Positions 20,836 to 29,876 of a stretch of DNA of 64,000 bases are shown one piece after another. The position numbers were made by a program, and so were the translations under genes. Positions within the stretch are counted from its first letter, which is position 1. Every line of letters begins with the position of its first letter. The stretch comes from a virus. Its lineage: Duplodnaviria; Heunggongvirae; Uroviricota; Caudoviricetes. Under the pieces are notes generated by a model that was not told the origin of the DNA, did not search any database, and saw only the letters and a program-made list of their open reading frames with translations. The stretch is from IMG/VR virus record IMGVR_UViG_2925891887_000001; one strand, written 5' to 3'.

Positions 20836-22869
20836 ATGACCCAAGTCGCGAAGAAAATTCTGGTGACGTGCGCGCTGCCGTACGCTAACGGCTCAATCCA
20901 CCTCGGCCATATGCTGGAGCACATCCAGGCTGATGTCTGGGTTCGTTACCAGCGAATGCGCGGCCACGAGGTTAATTTCATCTGTGCCGACGATGCCCAC
21001 GGTACGCCGATCATGCTGAAAGCACAGCAGCTTGGTATCACACCGGAGCAGATGATTGGCGAAATGAGTCAGGAACACCAGACTGATTTCGCAGGCTTTA
21101 ACATCAGCTATGACAACTATCACTCGACGCACAGCGAAGAGAACCGTCAGTTGTCTGAGCTTATCTATACTCGCCTGAAAGAGAACGGTTTTATTAAAAA
21201 CCGTACTATCTCTCAGTTGTACGACCCGGAAAAAGGCATGTTCCTGCCGGATCGTTTTGTGAAAGGCACCTGCCCGAAATGTAAATCCCCGGATCAATAC
21301 GGCGATAACTGCGAAGTCTGCGGCGCGACCTACAGCCCGACTGAATTGATCGAGCCGAAATCGGTGGTTTCTGGTGCTACCCCGGTAATGCGTGATTCTG
21401 AACACTTCTTCTTTGATCTGCCCTCTTTCAGCGAAATGTTGCAGGCATGGACCCGCAGCGGTGCGTTGCAGGAGCAGGTGGCAAATAAAATGCAGGAGTG
21501 GTTTGAATCCGGCCTGCAACAGTGGGATATCTCCCGCGACGCGCCATACTTTGGTTTTGAAATTCCGAACGCGCCGGGCAAATATTTCTACGTCTGGCTG
21601 GACGCACCGATTGGCTACATGGGTTCTTTCAAGAATCTGTGCGACAAGCGCGGCGACAGCGTAAGCTTCGATGAATACTGGAAGAAAGACTCCACCGCCG
21701 AGCTGTACCACTTCATCGGTAAAGATATCGTTTACTTCCACAGCCTGTTCTGGCCTGCCATGCTGGAAGGCAGCAACTTCCGCAAGCCGACCAACCTGTT
21801 TGTTCATGGCTATGTGACGGTGAACGGCGCGAAGATGTCCAAGTCTCGCGGCACCTTTATTAAAGCCAGCACCTGGCTGAATCATTTTGACGCTGACAGC
21901 CTGCGTTACTACTACACTGCGAAACTCTCTTCGCGCATTGATGATATCGATCTCAACCTGGAGGATTTCGTTCAGCGCGTGAATGCCGATATCGTGAACA
22001 AAGTGGTTAACCTGGCGTCCCGTAACGCTGGCTTTATCAATAAGCGTTTTGACGGTGTGCTGGCAAGCGAGCTGGCTGACCCGCAGTTGTACAAAACCTT
22101 CACTGATGCCGCTGAAGTGATTGGTGAAGCGTGGGAAAGCCGCGAATTTGGTAAAGCTATCCGTGAAATCATGGCACTGGCTGACCTGGCTAACCGCTAT
22201 GTCGACGAGCAGGCTCCTTGGGTAGTCGCAAAACAGGAAGGTCGCGATGCTGACCTGCAGGCGATTTGCTCAATGGGCATCAACCTGTTCCGCGTGCTGA
22301 TGACTTACCTGAAACCGGTACTGCCGAAACTGACAGAACGTGCGGAAGCATTCCTGAATACGGAACTGACCTGGGATGGCATCCAGCAACCGCTGCTGGG
22401 CCATAAAGTGAATCCGTTCAAAGCACTGTATAACCGTATCGACATGAAACAGGTGGAAGCATTGGTGGAAGCGTCTAAAGAAGAAGTGAAAGCTACTGCC
22501 GCGCCAGTTACTGGCCCGCTGGCAGACGACCCGATTCAGGAAACCATCACCTTTGACGACTTTGCCAAAGTTGACCTGCGCGTGGCACTGATCGAAAACG
22601 CAGAGTTTGTTGAAGGTTCTGACAAACTGCTGCGCCTGACGCTGGATCTCGGCGGTGAAAAACGCAATGTCTTCTCAGGCATCCGTTCTGCTTATCCAGA
22701 CCCACAGGCACTGATTGGTCGTCACACCATTATGGTGGCTAACCTGGCTCCGCGTAAGATGCGCTTCGGCATCTCCGAAGGTATGGTGATGGCTGCTGGC
22801 CCCGGCGGGAAAGATATCTTCCTGTTAAGCCCGGATGCTGGTGCTAAACCTGGCCACCAGGTTAAGTAA
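20836..22869 (+). CDS. metG: methionyl-tRNA synthetase (E. coli chromosomal gene)
   Basis: 677 aa from [26 protein letters not shown]; HIGH-type motif, KMSKS, zinc knuckle CPKC...CEVCG; essentially identical to E. coli MetG. Confidence 0.95.
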   Translation: MTQVAKKILVTCALPYANGSIHLGHMLEHIQADVWVRYQRMRGHEVNFICADDAHGTPIMLKAQQLGITPEQMIGEMSQEHQTDFAGFNISYDNYHSTHSEENRQLSELIYTRLKENGFIKNRTISQLYDPEKGMFLPDRFVKGTCPKCKSPDQYGDNCEVCGATYSPTELIEPKSVVSGATPVMRDSEHFFFDLPSFSEMLQAWTRSGALQEQVANKMQEWFESGLQQWDISRDAPYFGFEIPNAPGKYFYVWLDAPIGYMGSFKNLCDKRGDSVSFDEYWKKDSTAELYHFIGKDIVYFHSLFWPAMLEGSNFRKPTNLFVHGYVTVNGAKMSKSRGTFIKASTWLNHFDADSLRYYYTAKLSSRIDDIDLNLEDFVQRVNADIVNKVVNLASRNAGFINKRFDGVLASELADPQLYKTFTDAAEVIGEAWESREFGKAIREIMALADLANRYVDEQAPWVVAKQEGRDADLQAICSMGINLFRVLMTYLKPVLPKLTERAEAFLNTELTWDGIQQPLLGHKVNPFKALYNRIDMKQVEALVEASKEEVKATAAPVTGPLADDPIQETITFDDFAKVDLRVALIENAEFVEGSDKLLRLTLDLGGEKRNVFSGIRSAYPDPQALIGRHTIMVANLAPRKMRFGISEGMVMAAGPGGKDIFLLSPDAGAKPGHQVK

Positions 22870-22889
22870 TTAAGCAACCTCTGTTCGCA

Positions 22890-22918
22890 ATGCCCGGCAA
22901 CACGCTGGGCATTTTCAT
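22890..22918 (+). terminator. terminator-like hairpin downstream of metG
   Basis: atgcccggcaacacgctgggcat followed by tttcat. Confidence 0.4.
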
Positions 22919-22952
22919 ATAGACACAATCCCTCCTGATTTACACAAGCCTT

Positions 22953-22967
22953 AAAACAATTTGTTTT
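22953..22967. promoter_or_regulatory. motif A palindrome AAAACAATTTGTTTT (second copy at 23002-23017)
   Basis: First phage-type element to the right of the host segment. Confidence 0.5.
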
Positions 22968-23030
22968 CTACCTTTTGTTGATTGAGATAATAAGCCACAT
23001 AAGAAAACAAATTGTTTCGGAGTGGTTGAA

Positions 23031-23330
23031 ATGTTGAACATTACCCAAGCCTACCAGGTGGCATTGATCAGTTCATCTCATACATCAGAGGAAGATGCTC
23101 GCCGATTCATGATCGCAAGCAATGAGCTGGATTGGGTTTCACAAATTGATGGCGGTTGTATTGTCCACGCCGGGTTACAGGATGATGTCTGGAAAGACGA
23201 CTTGCGTCGATATGGTATATCCGAAGGCGCGATTGCTAACATTCAGAAAGTACTTGATGTAGGCTTTGACTCTGTACATTTTGATTGTGGTGCGCCGATC
23301 GTTGAAGGGCTTGAGTGCTGGTGTTGGTAG
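23031..23330 (+). CDS. hypothetical protein (99 aa)
   Basis: Internal ATG after SD GGAGTGG. Confidence 0.4.
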   Translation: MLNITQAYQVALISSSHTSEEDARRFMIASNELDWVSQIDGGCIVHAGLQDDVWKDDLRRYGISEGAIANIQKVLDVGFDSVHFDCGAPIVEGLECWCW

Positions 23331-23500
23331 AGTGTATAAGCGGATCAATGAGTTACGGAAACAGTTAATAATGAGGAGCTTGTAATAAGCTGTATACCCT
23401 AGAAAAGCTAGACTAGGGAATAAAATGACGTGAAACTGGGCGAGACAGTAAATAATTCCGAATGATAATTGAACAAATAACCCCTTGCTCGGAGCTTGGA

Positions 23501-24691
23501 ATGACTGATACCGCTTTTTCAAAATCGTTACAAAAAGAAGTCGATCCTGAGCAGTACTTGGCGCTAAAGAATTTAGATGACAGCTCGGTTCATGCTATTG
23601 CCCGTGACGATATCATCTGCCCCATTTGCAAAGTTGGAGGTGGTTCGTTCGTTAGAGCCACTAGGAATGGTGGCTATCACAAGAAGGCGCATTTCAGATT
23701 TACCGGTGAAGATGGTCAAGGCCATCATCCATCATGTGATTTCTATGGAGATAGACTAACATCTGAGGTGAAGCAGCACCTTGTCTCATTCACAAAAGAT
23801 CGAACAAAGTATTCGCAGGTAATACGAAAGCTGGTCTGTGCCGGCATACAGGAAGGGATATTTACTCAAGAAAAAATGTGGCAGATGAGGGAATGGTTCT
23901 TCAATAAGCGAAAGGATTCCACATTTGAAATATGGTTAGAAAGCGAGCATTTAGACTGGCTTTATTATATTAGTGGGTTACGTGATGCATATCTAGCATG
24001 GACAACTCCTGATATTCTACCTTTCGCGCCCATTCAGGTTACTGTGCCTGGTTTTTCTTGGAAGCGTGCGATTGACAAAGAGGTGCTAAGAGTTCACATC
24101 AAGACTCTCCAGCAATTGCGTGAAATTTCAGTCTCACATAGAGACATTGCTGTAATCTTAGAACACATAAACAATAATCGTGACCGCACAATTCTCGATC
24201 CATCGCATTTGGAGGACGAGATAAGTAAGACCTGTAAGCTTACTAGTTTTGTGATGGGCAATTACATTGAGTTTCAGACAAAAACGGTTAGCGACAGAGC
24301 ATACGGGGAAGCTAAGTTTCTGGCATTTGCAGCACTTTTGTTGTTCGTGTCAGATTGGGACCTCAACATTGCTATTGGTAAGTTTTCTAAGATTGCCAGA
24401 GTGAAGGAGGTTGATGACATGCTGGCTGGTAATTTCATTGGTCTTAATCCTTACTTCCGATACGACCTGGCTAATGCAGTGAAGAGATTGCAGGATAACT
24501 GGCCGATTGAATACCAAGAGTTGGAGCATTGGAATGTTGAGAAATCCATGCGTGACGCATATGAAAAGTGGCGTGCGACAGAGCCTGAATTCGCTCCACC
24601 CCTATTGCCAGACTTGTATATTGCCAAACATGAGAAAGAAGTCGCACAAGACGAGCAAGTCAGGCAGTGGATTAAGAACGGGGATGTTTGA
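23501..24691 (+). CDS. hypothetical protein with N-terminal zinc-ribbon-like motif (396 aa)
   Basis: SD GGAG; CPICKVGGGS ... HHPSCDFYG cysteine/histidine cluster; no family recognised. Confidence 0.45.
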   Translation: MTDTAFSKSLQKEVDPEQYLALKNLDDSSVHAIARDDIICPICKVGGGSFVRATRNGGYHKKAHFRFTGEDGQGHHPSCDFYGDRLTSEVKQHLVSFTKDRTKYSQVIRKLVCAGIQEGIFTQEKMWQMREWFFNKRKDSTFEIWLESEHLDWLYYISGLRDAYLAWTTPDILPFAPIQVTVPGFSWKRAIDKEVLRVHIKTLQQLREISVSHRDIAVILEHINNNRDRTILDPSHLEDEISKTCKLTSFVMGNYIEFQTKTVSDRAYGEAKFLAFAALLLFVSDWDLNIAIGKFSKIARVKEVDDMLAGNFIGLNPYFRYDLANAVKRLQDNWPIEYQELEHWNVEKSMRDAYEKWRATEPEFAPPLLPDLYIAKHEKEVAQDEQVRQWIKNGDV

Positions 24692-24829
24692 GTGTAATTA
24701 GCTTAATCAATCAGTTGATAATGGCGGTCACAATTTGATTCTTTTCTATAAGAATCCGTTGATCGCCACTACTCTTCTTCCATACCTGCAATCACACCTT
24801 TAAATATCAATAGGTTAACGTTGTTTATA

Positions 24830-25675
24830 CCAATAAGAAAACAACTAAATAACAGATCAACGAAACATCAACGCTTTCACCCGATTTGGTCTAAAAAATT
24901 GACGTTTTCACACATCACTTCTTATACCCGTAATTCTACGCAGCAGATAGCGCTACAGCGTCCAAATTTCACCACAGACGACTCAACACACTACCAACAA
25001 AAACACACGCTCAAAATCGCTCCCGTTGCGTTACACAACCATATAAACAACTTATTTTCAGGTATAACAAAACAACTAAATAACACACATGCCATTACCC
25101 AAAACAACCAACCTCTTTATGGCAGGCTACCGAAAAGACCCACCTCTTCTCCCCAGGCTACCGGACAACCAACCTAACTTTCACAGGCAATCCGAAAACA
25201 TTCATACGCGCGATACCCACGACACGCCATTACCCAAACAGCGAAGAAACACCAGAATCACTGAAAACCCAACGAAGCCTGTTACCGCAAGGATTCTCTC
25301 AATCCCAAAAGACACGAAACAGAACAATCACGGGAAACGCCATTACCCAATACACGAATAACTACAAAAGCCTTTCACACACTCCAGACAAACAACTCAA
25401 ACACAATAACGAAAGGAATCGCCCACCTGCCATTACTCCATACACGGAGAAGAACAATCACCAAAACGACGAGAACACCCCATAGAAGAACCACCGCAAA
25501 ACGAACGAAACCACATACACCGACAGAGAGAACAACACACCCAATTCACCAACAGAAATAGTCGCCGTATAGAACGTTCTGGAAGGAGTGAGCATTAACG
25601 CCTATAGAGAGGTTGAGACAGATAAAACACAACATGTATAGCGAAGAAGCCAGGTATGTATAAGTGGGGAGGGAA
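24830..25675 (+). ncRNA. candidate long G-depleted (A/C-rich) non-coding transcript
   Basis: About 12% G over about 730 bp; begins at a half motif-A promoter-like element; four spaced GCCATTACCC copies; ends at terminator 25676-25697; only low-complexity chance ORFs. Confidence 0.3.
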
Positions 25676-25697
25676 GGAGGGGTGTCGCCTCCTTTTT
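25676..25697 (+). terminator. intrinsic terminator
   Basis: ggagg...cctcc stem followed by TTTTT. Confidence 0.5.
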
Positions 25698-25744
25698 CGT
25701 ATTTATTCAACTCCTGATTTTATCCCCCGTAACACCCCTACGGT

Positions 25745-25900
25745 CAGCCTTCGGTCCATACAGGGAAAAGGTTGCATCCCGCTACAGAAACGGCTGGGTT
25801 GCCTTCGGGGAACGGCTGGAGGTTTTCAGGGAAACGGTCGAGTTGCCTGTGTGGATTTCGGGAAAAGGCTCGATGCCGGTTCAGGAACGGTGGCGTACCG
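25745..25900. repeat. array of at least 6 degenerate 22-24-bp repeats with core (C/T)AGGGAAAcGG
   Basis: cagggaaaaggttgc, cagaaacggctggg, cggggaacggctgg, cagggaaacggtcg, cgggaaaaggctcg, caggaacggtggcg. Confidence 0.6.
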
Positions 25901-26271
25901 GTATAGCGAGAGGGAGAGTTGCGGCTACCCACCTGTAATGTGCGGGAAGAAGAGAGGCGCTCACGTAGGCGGACTTGCTTACCGCTGGATTCCCTCTGAA
26001 TGCCCAGCTACAGCGTAATTGTGCCAGACAGCCAGCGGGTCACAATCGATTTCAGTAGGTTTTTGGGGAGAGGATTACTCTGCCACCAGCCACTTTCGGC
26101 CACTAAATCAGAATAATGTAAAAAGTGCACTCGGTACTGAACCTGAAAACTCACTGCCAAAACCACATTCACCGGAATAAAATCCTTTTTCGCCTGTGCG
26201 TTATTGCGATAATAACACCAACAAGTAAACAACATGTTTAGACGTTATATAAACGAAGTGAGGATGAAGAG

Positions 26272-26490
26272 ATGATTAAGATGCCTGTGACGGTTGAGGT
26301 GTGGGGCGTGGATTCCCTGGCTGAGTGTCTGGATGCAGTGGGGCCGGAGTTGTACCGCAAGTTGTGGTCGTTCGTCCCGGCAGAAGGGGAACCGCCCAAG
26401 GGGAAGGATATCTGGCACCTGCTGAGTGAAGATGAAAAGCGGGAGCTGGTGGACGCGGTACACAGCGAGTTCCCGGGCGACGAAGATTAA
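26272..26490 (+). CDS. hypothetical small acidic protein (72 aa)
   Basis: SD GAGGATGAAGAG then ATG; terminator immediately downstream. Confidence 0.45.
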   Translation: MIKMPVTVEVWGVDSLAECLDAVGPELYRKLWSFVPAEGEPPKGKDIWHLLSEDEKRELVDAVHSEFPGDED

Positions 26491-26497
26491 GAGTGAG

Positions 26498-26520
26498 GCC
26501 ACCAGCACGGTGGCTTTTGT
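26498..26520 (+). terminator. intrinsic terminator
   Basis: gccaccagcacggtggc followed by TTTTGT. Confidence 0.55.
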
Positions 26521-26628
26521 CGCTATTAACCTCCGGGCAGCGCAACACCGTAACGATATACTTTGTGGCCGTTTTCTTACTGGTATTGTTTACGCAATTT
26601 AGAAAACAACATGTTTAAGGATTGCTTT

Positions 26629-26958
26629 ATGTTTACAAATATCGACATCAACCAAATCAAGAAATTAACTCAAAAAGAGTTTGATCAGTTTTATGAGTTA
26701 GAAGGTTGGTCTTCCACTCTGATCAATTCAAGATGGGTGCTGGAGCTGATGACTCGTGATGACGCACCTGCTTTGATGATTTGCGACATGGGTGAAGATG
26801 CTGACTTTATGGATATGAGCGAATTTTGTGTGGACACATACAACCGCAGCCAGAAGTACTACTTCACATGCGATAGCGAAAATGACGTGATTTCTAAGGT
26901 CTATCTTCACCTCGTCCAGCATTGGGACGTTCAGGAGTTTCTTGAAGTATTCGAGTAA
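26629..26958 (+). CDS. hypothetical protein (about 109 aa)
   Basis: ATG with AAGGA 9 nt upstream; alternative start 26611. Confidence 0.45.
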   Translation: MFTNIDINQIKKLTQKEFDQFYELEGWSSTLINSRWVLELMTRDDAPALMICDMGEDADFMDMSEFCVDTYNRSQKYYFTCDSENDVISKVYLHLVQHWDVQEFLEVFE

Positions 26959-27111
26959 CCCCAACCAAAGCCAGCATTGCTGGCTTAATTTCTCTATAGA
27001 CGCAGGGAAGAACCTGCATATCGCTCATGCGCCTGATCAATATGCTTTGTAGCCGTTTTCTTACTGGTATTATTTACGCCATTGAGAAAACAAGTTGTTT
27101 ACGGAGTTGTA

Positions 27112-27423
27112 ATGAAAAAATCATTGGTTCTTGGTCTGGACAAAGACCAGAAGAGAAAAGAGAAGCCTGCGCTGGTTGCTCAATTAACTTTGCTGGACAT
27201 CGTTGCCAATGGGACCTCTATTCGTCTGTTCCGTGAAACAGCGGTGTCTTTCGATAAAAACACCTTTACTCGTTATGTAATGAATGTTCGTCGCCAGCGT
27301 GGAAAAGGCTGGGTGGCATTTCAAAGAATGTGGCCGGAACATCAGCTCGAACTGGCTTTGATGGAAGTTAACCGCGTGGCCCAGCAAGAGATTCAGAGAG
27401 CATCAGTGATGGCAATAGCCTGA
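27112..27423 (+). CDS. hypothetical protein (103 aa)
   Basis: SD ACGGAG; motif A at 27085-27100. Confidence 0.45.
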   Translation: MKKSLVLGLDKDQKRKEKPALVAQLTLLDIVANGTSIRLFRETAVSFDKNTFTRYVMNVRRQRGKGWVAFQRMWPEHQLELALMEVNRVAQQEIQRASVMAIA

Positions 27424-27458
27424 TAATGTGCAAGTGGCAATTAGTCGACAGTACGACA

Positions 27459-27486
27459 GCCCCGCCATCCTTACGGGGCTTTTTTG
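27459..27486 (+). terminator. intrinsic terminator
   Basis: gccccgccatccttacggggc followed by TTTTTTG. Confidence 0.6.
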
Positions 27487-27490
27487 TATT

Positions 27491-27506
27491 GTAAGTACAT
27501 ACTTAC
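27491..27506. promoter_or_regulatory. motif B palindrome GTAAGTACATACTTAC
   Basis: Perfect inverted repeat between terminator and gene 27550. Confidence 0.5.
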
Positions 27507-27549
27507 GATCATAGAATAGAAAAATAACCAATACACTACGGAGAGTGAA

Positions 27550-27945
27550 ATGACCGTTAAACGCGAAAAACTGACAGTTGATGTTTACTATGCCTCTGAA
27601 ACCGCCGAAGGTAAGAATGTGGCAAAAATCACCGTTGTTACGTACAACACCGAAACTGGTGCCGAAGTACAGGCCAGTACGATCGTGCGTAAAGGTGATG
27701 CCTCCGGCGGCGAGTACGCGACTCAATACCAGTCCATTCTCGATGCAACTGACCCGCTGCTGCTGAAAATCGAGAACTACTTCCGCCAGGTTGATGAAGA
27801 GGTGTTTGAAACCATGATGAATATGGTTAACACCGTATTCGCCTCCAGCCTGAATACCAACACTACCTGGATTGGTCAGTACGGCCTGCGCATTACCTCT
27901 GGCATTCCTGCCGACACCTTAATCCCTGAAAGCGTATTCGCTTAA
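27550..27945 (+). CDS. hypothetical protein (131 aa)
   Basis: SD CGGAGAG then ATG. Confidence 0.5.
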   Translation: MTVKREKLTVDVYYASETAEGKNVAKITVVTYNTETGAEVQASTIVRKGDASGGEYATQYQSILDATDPLLLKIENYFRQVDEEVFETMMNMVNTVFASSLNTNTTWIGQYGLRITSGIPADTLIPESVFA

Positions 27946-27953
27946 TCCTCTTT

Positions 27954-27982
27954 AAATGGCGCGTAAACCGCGCCATTTTATT
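27954..27982 (+). terminator. intrinsic terminator
   Basis: aatggcgcgtaaaccgcgccatt followed by TTATT. Confidence 0.55.
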
Positions 27983-28062
27983 AAGCCCGATAACAATTTG
28001 TTTTCTGCCTTATCTGATTTGTGAAAATGATTTCACTGAAGCAAGTTAATAAGGAAACCATC

Positions 28063-28437
28063 ATGGGACTTGATATCTATATCGAGACACAGCCTAAAAA
28101 CGATCTGAATAACGAGGCATCCAGAAAGCAGGTTGCTTACTTCCGTAAGTTCAATGCGCTCGTTGGGTGGATGGAGCGCAACGTAGGTGAAGTCGAAAAT
28201 TGTGAGCTTTTAGAATTAACGATGAATGACATTTGTTTTCTGAAGGCTCATTTGATGCACATAAACGAAAGTAATTGCGAAGAGTACTTGCCTACCCGGG
28301 AAGGTTTTTTCTTCGGCAGTCAGGAGTACGATGAAGGTTACTGGCATGATGTGGGGCAGTTGAAAGAGCTTGTGGAAGATCTGATTAAGAACCACGACTT
28401 TCACAATAACAGACTGACCTTCTGCGCCTGGTGGTAA
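28063..28437 (+). CDS. hypothetical protein (124 aa)
   Basis: ATG after SD AAGGAAACC; motif A at 27990-28004. Confidence 0.45.
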   Translation: MGLDIYIETQPKNDLNNEASRKQVAYFRKFNALVGWMERNVGEVENCELLELTMNDICFLKAHLMHINESNCEEYLPTREGFFFGSQEYDEGYWHDVGQLKELVEDLIKNHDFHNNRLTFCAWW

Positions 28438-28439
28438 AT

Positions 28440-28583
28440 ATGGGCGATTTCAAGAAACGCCTGAAGGAAAGAGCCGAGATGGTCAGAAAGCAAAACGCCT
28501 CTTCTGTCATCAGATACGCAAGGCAGTTTAGTCGCAACAACAAATCAGTTGAGGAAAAGATCCTTAGCGTAATCGTGCGATAA
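28440..28583 (+). CDS. small basic protein (about 47 aa)
   Basis: ATG 3 nt after upstream stop; below ORF-track cutoff. Confidence 0.25.
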   Translation: MGDFKKRLKERAEMVRKQNASSVIRYARQFSRNNKSVEEKILSVIVR

Positions 28584-28609
28584 TTATTAAGGCCATCAGC
28601 ATTGGTGGC

Positions 28610-28725
28610 CTTAAATGACCATCTTGTTTCCCGCAGGCTAAAAACACCAACCTCTTACCTCCAGGCAACCGACAAACCCACCTGTTCCCGTCCGGCTACC
28701 GCAACTTTCCACTTTGACGCCTTAT
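28610..28725. repeat. second A/C-rich G-poor segment (related to 24830-25560)
   Basis: caggctaaaaacaccaacctcttacctccaggcaaccgacaaacccacctgttcccgtccggctaccg parallels caggctaccgaaaagacccacctcttctccccaggctaccggacaacc near 25.12 kb. Confidence 0.5.
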
Positions 28726-28751
28726 TCGTACAACGATAATTAACACCAACA

Positions 28752-28766
28752 AGAAAACAATTTGTT
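28752..28766. promoter_or_regulatory. motif A palindrome AGAAAACAATTTGTT
   Basis: 21 nt upstream of ATG 28788. Confidence 0.5.
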
Positions 28767-28787
28767 ATTTACGATAAGGAATTAATC

Positions 28788-29270
28788 ATGAATTTTATCG
28801 CTACTGTAAACGCACCCGCACATGGCAATATCGCTGTAACGTTCTCTGACATTGAAAAACGAGTACTTGGTGCATGGCGCGACAATGAGACGGTAGAACT
28901 GTCAGCACAAGAAAAATGCATTATTGCACGCGACATCATTGGCAATCGTCGTTACTCGCGGGTATTTGAGAAAGCGTATGTGGTAAATTCTGGATTCGGA
29001 ACGTTCGTCTTTCCGGTGCGCTCCGGGCGATTCTGCCAGTCCAAGCTGATTGAGTTCGCTACGCAGATTTCTTTCTGGATTAAAACTCAATCGTCGTTCA
29101 AATTTTCCGACGATGAAGCAGTATCGCAGGGGATGCGGATCGCCAACAATGCAATTAAATGCAAAAACATTACGTATACCGCTGGCGTTGATACATGGAA
29201 ACTGTTTTGCGCTAACTTTATGCTGAATGTATACGCAAGCAACCGCATCCACATCCTTGATGGCGTGTAA
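28788..29270 (+). CDS. hypothetical protein (160 aa)
   Basis: SD TAAGGA upstream of ATG. Confidence 0.45.
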   Translation: MNFIATVNAPAHGNIAVTFSDIEKRVLGAWRDNETVELSAQEKCIIARDIIGNRRYSRVFEKAYVVNSGFGTFVFPVRSGRFCQSKLIEFATQISFWIKTQSSFKFSDDEAVSQGMRIANNAIKCKNITYTAGVDTWKLFCANFMLNVYASNRIHILDGV

Positions 29271-29318
29271 CTGAGAAGAGGGCCAGAAACGGCCCTTTCT
29301 CTATAGCCACCAGCTGCC

Positions 29319-29479
29319 GCAGGGAAATTTTCAGAAACGGCGAGGAACGTATTCATGAGCCGACGGGGAACGGCCAGGATTTTTTCGGGAAACGGCTGCA
29401 TTTGCCTTTGTGTAGAAAAAACATCGGGAAGCTGGTGGAATCCAACCAGCGGTTGTCGGACAGGTGAGCGGGGAAAATT
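29319..29479. repeat. second array of degenerate GGGAAAcGG-core repeats
   Basis: cagggaaattttcagaaacgg, cgacggggaacggccagg, tttcgggaaacggctgc, catcgggaagctggtgg, gcggggaaaatt. Confidence 0.55.
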
Positions 29480-29805
29480 ATGATGACTTTCGTCACCTGA
29501 GACATCCAGATTTCTTTCGTAGCATAATCACATACGTGATTAAGTGGTGTGATTATGTGAAAAATCACGCGCACATAATACGCGAGCGGATACGGAACAA
29601 AACAAAATGCCGATCCGCGCCGACAAATAAACGCGGATCATAAAGCAAGACTAAAAGCCAATGATTAACTATGCGCTATAACGCGTTTTAAGCGCGTTAA
29701 TGTGTTAAGTAATGGGTATGTACTGGCAAGGATATAAAAGCGCGTCTATGGCGTTATTTTGGCGCTTATTTTTATGTTGTTGGAGTGAGTTAAAGACAAT
29801 AAAAA

Positions 29806-29876
29806 ACGCGCCATCAATGGCGCGTTATTGTGGAAGTATTGGAAACGAAAAAAGCGCCCATAGTGGGCGCTCGATT
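29806..29876. terminator. pair of bidirectional terminator hairpins at convergence of rightward and leftward transcription
   Basis: aacgcgccatcaatggcgcgtt and agcgcccatagtgggcgct, each flanked by A/T runs on both strands. Confidence 0.55.

Noticed and set aside
20893-21885. 330-aa antisense ORF inside metG, and similar antisense or alternate-frame ORFs inside nrdA, the methyltransferase, the tape-measure gene and the J-like gene
   Set aside because: They lie wholly within well-supported genes on the other strand or frame and show no motifs or ribosome-binding sites
24821-25361. Plus-strand ORFs 24821-25177 and 25089-25361 (Gln/Asn/Thr/His-rich)
   Set aside because: They lie in a G-depleted region where stop codons are rare by composition; the translations are low-complexity and lack ribosome-binding sites, so I treat the region as non-coding
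25745-25900. Possible CRISPR array
   Set aside because: Repeats are degenerate, only about 12-15 bp, irregularly spaced with no unique spacers, and no cas genes are present
25656-26018. ORF 25656-26018 (plus) and ORF 25744-25932 (minus) over the GGGAAAcGG repeat array
   Set aside because: Both are open only because of the repeats; the plus ORF starts inside a terminator hairpin; peptide repeats simply mirror the DNA repeats
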